Origin: Bigelowiella natans CCMP2755
Taxonomy: Eukaryota; Protista; Cercozoa
NCBI GenBank assembly: GCA_000320545.1
Contig: ADNK01000966.1
Location: 1-64,000 of the forward strand
DNA length: 64,000 bases
Direction of reading: 5' to 3'
Of the stretch, positions 1-11,891 are shown piece by piece; positions within the stretch are counted from its first letter, which is position 1; each line of letters begins with the position of its first letter. A model generated the notes under the pieces. It saw only the letters and a list, made by a program, of their open reading frames with translations, did no database searches and was not told where the DNA came from. The translations under genes were made by a program, and so were the position numbers.

Positions 1-21
1 TGCTCTTACGTATCCTGATAG

Positions 22-700
22 AGTCAAAATCGTTCTCCATGCGGTACCGGCCAACCCTGTTTCAGGATCTATGTGCTGAATGCCGGCGACTGCAGCACGG
101 CGAGGAGGGTGGGGAGGAGAGTAAGGAGCGTGCAGAGGCGCTGCGAGTGCTGGATGCAGCCGTCGCTTGCGTGGCCGATTACAACGAACGACAACGTAGT
201 GCCAGTCCAGACGACCATTCTCGCCCTTTCCGATTTTTTTTGTTGGTGTTTTGGTTAGTGCTGCGGTTTGTCCTTCTGTGGCGATGATGAGTTGTTTGCC
301 CGCAGAGAGAAACATAGCAAGTAGCTCGGTGTCCTTGATGATGATGAGGACGATGATGATGATGATGATGACGAATGATGGTGATACACGATCGTCATCA
401 TCGTTGGCGTCATCGTCTTCTGGCAAAATCCACTGCTGATTGACGTGGGATGTAGACACGATGAGAGCAACTTAAGAGATAAAACAGTGTTTGATGAGTT
501 ATTCCATTTCCTTCTCTTTGATTGAGCCGTATTTCATGACGTAAATGATGATAATGCCGACGATGATACCGCTCTAAACTTCCTGGCTCTGCGCGTTTTA
601 ACCCCTCAGTGGTAGTCGCATTGCAATACGCTCTCGGTTTGCTGAGGCAAGGGGCGGATGAGCATCTCTTAAATTCTATTTTAGTAACGTCGTTCTCATC

Positions 701-744
<44 letters not shown>

Positions 745-765
745 CATATTGTATTTGTGTTTCGA

Positions 766-796
<31 letters not shown>

Positions 797-1238
797 GTGT
801 TGATGACGTCTTTGTGGTAGAAGATAAGAGGAAACGAAGAGGAGCATTACTGATAACCACCACAGGCTGCACACGTCGATTATTACGTCATTCAGCACAC
901 GCCTGTCAGCCTTTGTCGCTTGCTCACAACCACAATAACAACAACACTGCTATTTCCTTCCCCAATGTGCAGAGGTTCATGAGAGGAGCTTTGAGGCTGT
1001 TAAATCGCGATGACGTCCTCCTCCTCTTAGGGTTGGTTGCTTCTGCAATTGCGAGCATCCTTAGTTGATTTCATCATCATGTGTGCTTTATTTACATGAA
1101 TTACGCGCATCGTCTTTGATGATTTCGAGGTGGTTCTCGAATGCCCCCCGCATAAAGTAGAAAGAGGGAGTCGATGTAGTTGGTTGCTGATGCAGTATTG
1201 TTGTCGTGCTCCTCAAGTGCGGGTTATGACTTTTACTG

Positions 1239-1275
<37 letters not shown>

Positions 1276-1376
1276 CATCCCTCCTCCCTGTAGGTATCTC
1301 GTCTCCTTGATGGACATTTATTCGCATTCAGAGGAAAAACAGGTAGGAGCTGCTGCAAATCTTGAAGCAAGCACAA

Positions 1377-1422
<46 letters not shown>

Positions 1423-2250
1423 AGTCCTCCTTCCCCCCCCCCCCCCCCCCCCCCCCCCTCCACATAAATAGAGCAATTTGTCGATGAGCTTATTCAGTAG
1501 TATAGGGAGAACATCTTCCATGTTGTGCACACATTTAGTTTGATTATTTTGGTATTTGCTTGACATATAGATCCAAGAAAACTATAGCGCACGCAAGGAT
1601 TCGCAGAAAGTGCAGAGCTCGAAATCGGCAAAGAACCTGCTGCCTTCAAGTGACAAGGTGGGGTGATTCGCATCTCTTCAAGAAATAAAATGGGGGGAAA
1701 CAACTAAACGAACAAACACACACAGAAAGAAAAACAACACAGCTCAAAAAGTAGAGCAAAGTCCACACAAAGAATAAACGAAAAAAGGAAAAAAAAAAGA
1801 AAGTTCGTTCGATGATATAGCACCAAGATCGGGATCCCGAATTAGAAACGAACACAGCGATCACATTTATCATGATGCGATTGGCCAGAATACCTCTGGA
1901 TATCTCTCAGCAGCCCCCCTTACAATTTCTTGAAATTGTACGATATTTCCGTTGTATGTGCTTTTTACAACTATTTGTTATACACATGCGTGCTTAGATC
2001 TGCGAGTGGTTGAACGTGGTGTTAAACGCACATATGCTTCTCATCGCTACGGATCAGAGGGCTTCGCTTCTGCTTGAAAAGTGATAATAATTATAACAAT
2101 AACAACAACAACAACAACAATAACAATAAAAATAATACGCTTACTCTTTCGTCAGTTGTTTTAGAACAACATGGAAGGAGAAAGAAAAGCGGCTTGCTTG
2201 CGACTCACACACGCACACACACACACACACACACACATACATACACACTC

Positions 2251-2288
<38 letters not shown>

Positions 2289-2505
2289 AAACAATAAAAC
2301 ACATCATACTGGATAACATATCTGTTTAATGCTTTTCTCTACTATCATACCACTGCCACCACTACCCTCCTTCTCCTCGTCCTCCTCCTCCTCCTGGTAA
2401 AGATGCTTCGAGGTGCTTAAGAACTACTTGTCGATAAAGCCGACAGAGCTCTCAGGCATTCTACAGCTCATTGACAGGTTGCAGCATCGAATAATGAAAG
2501 AGTAA
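22..2505 (+). CDS. 3' part of a multi-exon gene of unknown function (start lies left of the window)
   Basis: Open segments bounded by AG/GT: ~22-195 (..RYRPTLFQDLCAECRR..), 609-701 (VVALQYALGLLRQGADEHLLNSILVTSFSS), ~1294-1342, last exon ~2403-2505 CFEVLKNYLSIKPTELSGILQLIDRLQHRIMKE-TAA. Introns are filled with SSRs. No domain recognised. Confidence 0.55.
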
Positions 2506-3328
2506 ATTAAGGAATCTAGCGCATAAAAGATACCAATGAGGGCGTCTGCAATAGCAGTAATAGTGGTCCTTGTTGAAAATGTGTTTTTTGAAGAGAGTGA
2601 ATTACTATCACTAGGTTACGAAAGCAATCGTCCATGAAGATAGAGGCTGAAGTCCCTCGGTATGTGATGAGTGTGTGCTCGCGTGTGTGCGTGTGTATGT
2701 TGTGTGTCTATATCATCCACTGCCGTCTCATCCAAAGTGGGAATGCTTGCATCAGTACGCATCAGCTGTTTAGATCGATTATAATGTTATATAGACATAT
2801 TTATATACATATAATTTTTGTATAAATATGTATGTATTTCCTTCGCGAAGGCCTCTCCCTGAATCTGAACTTATTGTTGTGTCGTGGACGTCAGATATTC
2901 AATGGAGCTGGTCAAGCTTGGGATCTAGGGGCCTTTGATTGTTGCAAGAAGTACTTTTTCGGTCGCTCTCAGCTGTGCGAACGCGCTCCAAGACAAAGTT
3001 TGAGCTGCAGGATCTCTTTATGGGTCAACCTGGAAATATTGCATGTGGCAGGGCTGCGAACTAATATTGTTATTACGAACAGCTTATACAGCGAAGATCC
3101 TTTCGTGGCATGATTTCCGCTGATGCCGCTGAATGCCCCGGCATGCAATTGAGAAGCAATGATCTCATGCATTTTGTACAACGTAATGACAACGAATGAC
3201 CAGCATTGAGGGATCATGAGTTTCAACGCCCTCGATCCTGCTTCATGAACGCCGTTTTGCCATGCATGCATAGTTTCATTGCATTCACATGTCTAATCAT
3301 AGTTTGCCATGAAACGTCAAGCGTATAA

Positions 3329-3432
3329 GCGCACGCTACACGCACAATGCATGCTAGATTCATGTACGTGCAGCAGTATGATGCGCGCGCTACACGTACA
3401 ATGCATGCTAGATTCATGTGCGTGCAGCAGTA
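3329..3432. repeat. Tandem duplication, 2 x 50 bp, period 54
   Basis: 3329-3378 vs 3383-3432 match at 47/50. Differences: 3333A/3387G, 3343C/3397T, 3366A/3420G. Confidence 0.95.
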
Positions 3433-3499
3433 GGTCACTAGCGATTCGGAAGCAATGCTTCCCTCCAAGATCCCGCCCTGTTTGGAGGCACCATGTGTG

Positions 3500-3790
3500 C
3501 TAGTCAACCAGAAGTGAAAGCCTCCGCACTCTGTTTTGTGGACTGAAAAAAATCCTCCAGTTCGTTTCTTTGCGTTTCACACCATCGTTATCCACCAATT
3601 CGTCGATGTCTTCGGATTTCTCAAGAATGCAGCGAACAGAGAGGGTTCTCATTTTTTCATTCGCTCAATCATCTCAGATTCACTAAGCTGAGTGTAGCAT
3701 CTTGAACGACAATCCTTGATTTCTTCCATTCCCACGTTGGAAAATGATGCTTCATGCACATATGTGCAATTCCAGAATTGCTGCACGCGC
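3500..3790 (-). pseudogene. Degenerate coding relic with frameshift
   Basis: Reads QQFWNCTYVHEASFSNVGMEEIKDCRSRCYTQLSESEMIERMKK, then after a shift in an A-run MRTLSVRCILEKSEDIDELVDNDGVKRKETNWR. Protein-like, but C/H/M-rich and not spliceable to neighbours. Confidence 0.3.
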
Positions 3791-4177
3791 ACACGCGCAC
3801 ACGCACACATTTGCACAATAACGACTCCAGTGAGGGCCGTGCCAGTTAGTTCCATCTACTTGAGACGCGCCGCGCCGCATTGACAACGCATGTGATGTGG
3901 AGCGCGAGTACGGTGCAAGCCATCACGTTCATCACAACAATCGTGGTCAAGTGTGTCCATACTAGCATGGCACGTGAATCTGATGACGGTGCAATAATGA
4001 CGATGCAACGTACCATTATCGACACATAGCAAGCATGCATGCTGAACATGCATCAATGTCATATCTCCCAAGGACCATGGGAAGCCCGTATTGTCAAGGA
4101 AACGCTACCCGGCTCGATAGTTTGCAAGAGAGGTCAGAAAATATTAGGAAGCCCCATCGCGTTGCTCGCGGGCGCGA

Positions 4178-5329
4178 TCATTTACATAAATGCTCTCCAC
4201 ACCAGACTGGACAGTTTTCGGTGTGCTGAAAAACCAAAAAACTCTCTCTGAATGCTCTAAATTGGCAATGTGACAAGACGTTCGCAGAATCAAACGCATA
4301 CGAATTTGGTGAAGAATACCTCATTCTTCCTGAATCCGTCCGACTTGCACCAGATTATTAAATTTTGTCGAACCCCATTTTTTATGCTAGTAGCTGCATG
4401 CCGATGAGCTCCGAGGTGCAGCAGACCAAACCCTATCTTGTGCTTCACATATTTCTCTTCGTTCTTATGTGGAGGTATCTTTTGTATATATTTACACATA
4501 AACATACAGGTGTATTAACTTCATCATTCTTTAGTCGATGCCTTGAACTAATTCAACAAAGCTCTTGACACCACTCATTGAATCCCGAAATACGTGAAAA
4601 TGTGATTGAAAACTAATATTAGCATTGTTTAGTTTGTTGTTCTTCTTCTTCATCTTTTCTTTTTTATTTTCTTTTGGTGGCATGCCCGTCACAAATTTAA
4701 TTATTTCCTTCATATAGCCACCTGGTTACAACGTGAACACCGCACACCCCCAAAATAAAGTTCCCCGCCTTGGAAGTTTCTTCCCAAGCAGAGATTCAAT
4801 GTGATTTCTATTTTATTATTCACTGTAATGTAACTTTTTACATATTTTGTATTTTCGAAGGTCTGGTGTTACCACTATCGTCTCGATGAAAATTAAGATA
4901 TGTATCCTTTCCAGTTTCGTATTCGACTGTTGTTGGCATTATTCGATAATCAGATTGAGCGACCAGCTTGTCAGAGGTCAGTACTAAAGAGATTGAATCA
5001 AACCTAGAAATCCGTGATGGGAGTCAAGGCCATATTTCTTGGCAAACTCAGCACGATATAAGCGAGCGGCTAATGGCTGAATCACCGAAGAGACTAGATC
5101 TGACAACGCCTGAATTTTGGTGAAGGGAATCATGCAAGTTTCTCACGATCAACTTAGCTGATGATTATTGATGATTATTGCTCATGACCGTTTTGAAGCC
5201 AAAATGATCTAGAATTGCACCATAGTTGTTCATTGAGTTTGGCCGAACAATGTGTTTGCATGTTTTCTTACACCATTCTTGGAAGTATGCAACCTTATAT
5301 ATTTCATAATGACAATTACCAAACCGTCA

Positions 5330-5407
<78 letters not shown>

Positions 5408-6160
5408 ATATATAATCAATTATCAATCTAAGATCCGAGTTTTTTAATTACCTCATCAAGCAATCGGATTGCAAACTTTTCTTCAAGCATTGGGAAACGA
5501 AACACGCCGTCTAAAACTTCTTCCAAAGGCTGCTTACCAATAAACACGAAATTCATTGAGGTGTTGCTTGTTATCGGACCATTTTAGGAGGGGGAATAAA
5601 TACTTCTGGGATTTTCTCCTTTAACTCGTCCTTCTTCATATATTCCATCAGTTTAAGAAATCTCTGTGTACAATATTATATATCACAATTCTATAGAGAT
5701 GGCCAGGACAAGGCCTGTGAGAAAGAAGAATGATAAATTTTAACTGACATCGTCAAACTTCCATTTCTTCAGGTCGTATAGCTCTCGATCTTTCGGTTCG
5801 AATTTTTTCATAGCTTCAAAGTAGGATTCGATTGCCTTCTGACTCTGTGTTGAGCATCAGATAGACAATACACACACACACACACACACACACACATCAA
5901 CGCTGAAGAAGCCATTTGTATAAACCTAAAACTTACTTGCTTTTCAGCTCTAAGTCCAGCTATATATTTGAGTAGCTTTTCCTCTTTTTCCTAAGTGTCC
6001 GAAAAATGACGGTTGCCAAATTTATACTTTGAACAAAGCAAATCACCTGAGGAGGAAGAGATTGGTAGTATGGATAGGTTTCCTCCGCCTTTAACATTTC
6101 CTCCCATTCATCGTCAGTTAGGTCTTCAAGACGAAGTTTTCCATCTGTTTGCGCTGCCAT
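4178..6160 (-). CDS. OGFOD2-like 2-oxoglutarate/Fe(II)-dependent oxygenase (about 11 exons)
   Basis: Spliced product has GVFRFPMLEEKFAIRLLDE, RPNSMNNYGAILDHFG, LDSHHGFLVEY, FHRDDSEITLNLCLGRNFQGGELYF (HxD), HLGAHRHAA (distal His) and RQNLIIWC. These are the hallmark motifs of the OGFOD2/plant CP2 family. Stop TGA at 4178-4180. Confidence 0.88.
5333..5403. repeat. (TA)n microsatellite in an intron
   Basis: About 70 bp of pure TA repeat. Confidence 0.95.
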
Positions 6161-6680
6161 CCGATTGGTCTCTTTGTTCGATGTGCTTGGTATTGTTCAG
6201 TGGTACAACCCAAAGTGGTGCTCTTGCTTAAAAGGAACTTTTTAGGCTGCGACAATCAAACTCCCATGTCGCCAATGCCAATTGCCCTATGTTTCTTCTG
6301 TACCGCACCCGAGATTGTCTCCTTTTAGGAGAGTTACAGGTAAGTTACGGGTATTATCTAGTGGAAATCCTGAAATCCTTCCTTAGGAAGGGTATTATGA
6401 AACCGTCCGACGTGTCCGAATGTGTCCGAAGATTATTCCTAGGAAATCCGCGGTAGGCAAATGTACACGCAGGCAAGCAGCGCCGATGAATGAACAAAAA
6501 ATTCAGAGGGAAAAATAATCATGGGATGCGGCTGATTTTTTGTGTCTCTCACCAACAGGGTGCTGACAAGTCCTTGCAACGAGTGTTGTTGAGGCTCTGC
6601 TGCGTGCAAATGCCTGTCTCCCATGTGGTTCTGGCGCATGTAGTTTTGATCAACGCTTTCTTCATTGTTCATTGTTCATA

Positions 6681-7644
6681 ATCGGCCTTCTGCTTTTGCG
6701 GACAACTTTTTTGGATTTGCTGTGAATCATTTTGGACGATTGTCATGCAACAATTTGGAAATGCAGTCGATCATCAATTTTCTTTCTTTCTTTCTGTCTT
6801 TCTTTGCGACAAGGTCGAATCGACGCAGCAAATGGAGAAGGGACGACGAGAAATGCAACAACGAACAGGAAAAGAGAGAAAGCAGAGAACCTTGCTTCGG
6901 CCACAGTGTTGGAAGCTGTCACCCTCTTTGCATTGTGGAGTGCATGTCCCCTGTGCGCACACAAACGCAATGATGGACCACTGCATCGATCGATCGACGA
7001 CGTGGGCCAATTGCCACCACCACTGTGAGCCTCAGAAGCGTGCGTGCATGCAATGCTCGCGCACGCAAGAATCTGGTGACAAGAATTCGATCGCACAGTC
7101 GTTCAAACACGAACCAGCACACGCACGTGGCCAGGCTAGCGGGCGGCCACGCCCACAGTGCATCGCGGCACTGGTCAGCAGTGACCTGCGTGCAAGTGTG
7201 CACACTTCACGCAGTGTTTGCCGTTGAAGTTTGCCCTGCGACTGCACAAAGCACAGCGCACATGCTAGCATGTGTGCACGTGCTGCAGGTCAGAGCATCC
7301 ATTGCATGTTGTGCTGCAGCTGCGTTCATGCTCGCTCAATGAGCTGCAAGCGGGACGTCACGAGCAACGGGCGCAATCGCGGGCGGAATGACAACAATGA
7401 CATTGCCATTGCAAAAATGAAACACCATGCACGTCGTGCGATGGATGTGGAAGAAACTGACAAAACACAATTCAAGCGCTGCGACGCTGATCGATCATGC
7501 ACTCATGTTTGCGCCGAGCGCAGATGTGATTTCTCAAATTGTCACTCTGATGTGGACTGCAAAGCAGACACAGCATGTGCTGTGCTGCACACAGTGCATG
7601 CATCGCATCACGCACACACGTTGTGTCTGTTGCATGCACAACGC
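6681..7644. other. TpA-depleted intergenic island
   Basis: Only two TpA in 964 bp (7137, 7266), both in GCTAGC. Rich in TGCA/CATG/CACA. CpG abundant. Confidence 0.92.
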
Positions 7645-7691
7645 TAACAAGTATGTTGATACGCACAAAGCTACATGTGTGCTAGAGTGTG

Positions 7692-10024
7692 TCAATCATC
7701 CAGATCATCGTCTCCTAGCTCGTCGTCAAAGTCCTTGAGAACCGATGACAGTCGCAAGAACTCCTTCTTGTGCTTTTTTATCTGGTTCACGTGAGCTACT
7801 CCCACTCGTTTTGCTGACGAAGGTCTTTTTGACTCTTTGAATTCGCTTTTCGCACTGGCATGATCAGCGTCAGTGAGGGTCTCATCGTCTACCCCTTCCG
7901 CCTTTTCTTGTACTTCCTCATGCACAATCTCATCTTCTATCGTAAAATCATTATCATCTTCCCATAGCTTGTTCTGCACCGCCTCTAAATGCTTGCCAAC
8001 CATCTTGAACATTTCGAAATCGGCTTTGCATGTTGTGCTTTGCCCCACCGCCCTGATGAGACCCAGGTTTTTCATGCGGCGAATACGAGGGTCGAGGATC
8101 TCTTGGATCCGACGCATTAATTTAACCTAATGATGTGTGTGATGTTTGTTGCTGAAACTGGATGCCATATTACATTCTCATGGAGAGATCGAAAATTCTT
8201 CTGCATGCATTCATTTATTCGTTAACTTGTTCTAAAGTCTCTTCATGGTCTCACGATATCAATGGATAAATCATTGAAATAACAGTGATGCAGCACAAAG
8301 AATCAGTATGCGTTCTCCTGCTACCTGTTGATCGATGATGCCTTTCATCATTTCCCCCCGAGATTTACATCTTTTAAGCTCTGACCTTAAGGTATTCTGC
8401 TCGCTCTCTAGCCCTTGAAGGTGGAGAGAGACGTCTCTAAACTTATTTTCTAAACATGTGACATCTTTTTGCATGGTCCCGAATGCCTTGTGTGCTTCAA
8501 GTGTCTGTGTTATGAGAGAAAAAGCGTACTTAATTGCAGAGGCTAGGCCTCCAGAGTAACAAGATCGAAATAACGTTTGTTCATCATAGGCAGAGCTCAT
8601 TGATGTTTCAGCATGCCCCTCCTTATTGTGAGAGATTATGATGCGGTTTTGTAATTTGCGCTATATTGCATGAGGCTTATACCGCACTTAAAAAACACGC
8701 ACACACACGCGCGCGACACATGCACGAGCGTGCGCACGCACACAAACGCACTTACCCCGTCTCGACGAAGACTATCTAGTCTGGCCAGCTTTAAAGATGT
8801 TGTGTGTAATTCCTTTTGATACTGCATTCTTAAATCCATCATATCGTTTTCCTCTTGGAGCATTAGTCTAATAATAATGATTCCGCCATAAGTTAGCGCA
8901 TGTATGCATGCATGTAAGTAGAATTAATAACGCCATGTTAGGGTTCAGATCATCTTTACGATTTCGTCCTCGCGCATGTATTTGGCTTTGCTTTGCCTCC
9001 CTCGTGCTGAGCAGACACATTCAAGCAGCATTTAAACTACATGCACACAAACACGAAATCATATAGGCGATATTTATATAAAATTTACGTTTTGCGTGTT
9101 GCGTGTGCAAAACGGGATATGGATCAACGACATACCTCTTCCTCCATTTCGCCGCCGTCTTTTTTATCTGGTTCAGTCCTTATCGTCCTTTGTAAAGCAA
9201 TGGCTTTGTCGATCTCCGCCAAGCTTTCAGCATAGATTTCAATTTTTTGAATAAGATCATAGCGCTGTTTTTCATAGTCTGCTCCAAGCTGCTGTTGCAG
9301 CTGCTGTCTCTCCTGACTCCTCTCGGAACCATCCGAAAGTAATAGCAAGTCTTGTTTTGAAATGTTTGACTTTGCCGAGATTAGATCTAAAATATCGGTG
9401 ACAGGGCGTGTACTTGCCCCTAATGGAGAAATGACACTGTTTTGTGACCTTTTTTTCCCGGCTGGTGATGATAACGGCCAAGGAGATGATTTAGCGCCGC
9501 TGTTTTGTAAGCTTGGACGCTGAAGGGTGGCACCGGGTTCGAGCCCGTTGTCAACATGTTCTGCCAGAAACGCTGGCGTTTGGGGGATACCTCCTTCCAA
9601 ATCTGTAATGGGGTTTGAAAATTCCTCTTCCTCCTCCTCTCCGTCATCCCCGACATCCTCTCTACTATAGCCAGTCTTTCTCAAAGGCACAGATGAAGCT
9701 AATACACTGACTGCTGCCTTGAATTGCTGGAGATCAAGTGCAACCCCGCCGGCATTATCTGTCTCAGGAGCAAGACGAAGGATTATGCTTCTAGCTGCAT
9801 GTGGCTTTAATTGCAGGTTTAGGCGGCGCCCTGCCTCCAGGACCGCCTGGGTGGCTCCCTCCTCGTCAAGAGTTCGACGTCGGCAGGAGAAACCGCGGAA
9901 TACTTTCGCGATGGTGCTATCTGGAGAGGCACGGTGATGCAAAATTGATGAGGAATTCGACCAACACAACGGAGAGGAGAGATCTGACGAGACAAGGGGT
10001 CAGGAAAAACAAAGCACCTTCCAT
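7692..10024 (-). CDS. Coiled-coil protein with degenerate EF-hand-like N-terminus, unknown function
   Basis: Likely ATG GAA G|AT start (MEDSTIAKVFRGFS..), large exon ~9135-9922, further coiled-coil exons at ~8757-8868 and ~8325-8506, and last exon 7692-8127 ending DDELGDDDLDD-stop. GT-AG junctions present. Confidence 0.65.
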
Positions 10025-10683
10025 CCAAAGCGTGTTGGGGCGGGGGAACAAGTCCGTTGGTCCGGCCAGGCACAATGTTTGTACAAATTATGAGCGGTAT
10101 CAAATAAGGCATGTCGCAATCTCAAAATTCCCCTCCCCGTCGTTGTTCCGTGCTGTAACGACCCCTACCCCTGACAAATCAGGAATAGTTTTGCCTAAGG
10201 AAAAATGCACGAACAACACAAAAAACAACAGAGCAACTGAGCATCGGAGAACAGAACCGAACAGCACACACACACACACACATACAAAGGGGCCGCGAGC
10301 GAGCCGGCGCATGGTGTCCGGCACCTTGCCGTGCAGACTTCGTCCAGGACTCAGCAGCGGCTGCCACGGGTTCAACAAGGCTCCCGCCTCCCTCCTCTTG
10401 GCCCTTCTTTCTATCTCTTTCGTGCTCATGCGCTCCTTGCTTGCCGATGGGGAGGTTGCGTTCGTGCGGGCCACCAGGAAGGTAGTGCCTCACCTTGAGC
10501 AGCCGCCGACGCTTCCACTCTTTCTGATTGTTTGCGCGCGATTGTTCTCTGAGCAAGATGTAATGCTGTCTCAAAGCAACGGGAGCCAAGAAGGACGGAC
10601 TACCCCGATCTGGATGATGATATCGTGAACCAGGTTTGCAGCCGCCGCCTCCTTTGCACAATAGGCGTTCAACTGATGAGCTT

Positions 10684-11340
10684 ATGCCGATGGTCGATGA
10701 TATTTTACAGATTGTATCCTTGAGTGATCTCCCACCACGGCAAATAGGGTAGATAGTAGTATTACAGCTTGATCTCCGTCTAAAATTGGTTAATAATCCA
10801 CATCAACCACGGTAGCTTCATGATGATGGCCTATGGAGAAGCTGCCAAGTCCCCGTTGCATAATCAACACGGAGCGGTAAATTTTATTTAAAATTGAATC
10901 AACAAATGCACTGCGAGCGACGTGCTGACCGACAATTGACGTGTATGGTTGATTTAGGTCATCGTAAAAAATGGGGAGGTGATTGCCAAAGGGTACTTAC
11001 TACATCGTCAATCCCTCTTCATAAAATCCTAACTAGCAAATATTAATTCTTTCTGTTATTTTCCTTCCCTCAGACACAATCGAATCCCTTGCTTCACGCA
11101 AAAAGCTAGTTACACCCGTCATGCGGAGGAGGTACTATTGCCCCCCCCCCCCCCCTCTCCCTCCGCATGAGAAAGCTATGTACAGTTCTACCATTCCAGT
11201 ATGTTTCCTCTGTATTATCTCGTTAGGTTGCCTTGCGCAGCTGCCCTCCTCATCAACTCAGGGATGCAGATTTGTACGTCGTGAGGTTGTTCTCGAGCTC
11301 ATTTTTTACGTGTCATCATATCCACAAATAATCACTATCA

Positions 11341-11373
<33 letters not shown>

Positions 11374-11891
11374 TGTTGCACTGAGGCACGGAACGTAAAT
11401 GTAGGAAAGGGCGAGTGGAGGATGGTTATCCCGACATTCAAATCTCAAAGCCGTGCCAGGTGTTTTTTTTTCATTGATGGTGGCAGGGGACAGAAGGGAA
11501 AACAATTTTCGTCCTCTACTTTGCCTTCCTAAGTTCCGAGAAAGAGTGACGCGCCCAAGTGAATCGTATGTGCTAAAAATTATTTAATAGGCATGCTCGC
11601 GACTCATCAAGGCTTACATAAAGAAGGTAATAGTTCTTTCTGAATGTTGGTTTTCCGCACCTCTGAAACGTTCGAACCACATTGTTTCTATCCTCCATCC
11701 AGTACGGTCTTCGCCACACTTACTTCAGCATAAACACACTCATCGACGTTGACTCTCACGCACTTCCTATACTGCGTACAATCAATGTGGAGGAGAAACG
11801 ACCATCGATTACTCCGATCCGTCGTATTGCTAGATTTTTGTGTTCCCGAACGGCTAAGGATGAACCCAAATCTTTTACACTAATTAAATGA
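10684..11891 (+). CDS. Zn-dependent cytidine/dCMP/TadA-superfamily deaminase (multi-exon; 5' end may extend to ATG 10311)
   Basis: Exons ..-10748, 10816-10876, 10958-10992, 11074-11131, 11227-11285, 11405-11459, 11591-11626 and 11703-11891 join in frame through GT-AG introns to give RQIGFMMMAYGEAAKSPLHNQHGAVIVKNGEVIAKGHNRIPCFTQKASYTRHAEEVALRSCPPHQLRDADLYVVRKGRVEDGYPDIQISKPCQACSRLIKAYIKKYGLRHTYFS. HAE and PCxxC are intact. Confidence 0.88.

Noticed and set aside
4178-6160. 2OG-Fe(II) oxygenase as a TET/JBP/AlkB-type DNA-modifying partner of the TpA process
   Set aside because: Motifs match the widespread OGFOD2 family. Adjacency to an island is the only link.
6404-6430. GTCCGA x3 upstream of the oxygenase gene as a regulatory motif
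   Set aside because: Too short, and not seen at other promoters in the window.
6681-7644. CpG-methylation decay or fungal-type RIP as the cause of TG/CA excess
   Set aside because: CpG is plentiful here, and RIP would raise rather than remove TpA.
6439-7738. Many overlapping 60-160 aa ORFs on both strands
   Set aside because: They arise because TAA/TAG stops are missing in the TpA-free island. The C/H/A/M-rich composition shows no domain.
9880-9915. IQ motif in IAKVFRGFSCRRR
   Set aside because: It lacks the IQ core and fits better as the first helix of a degenerate EF-hand-like region.
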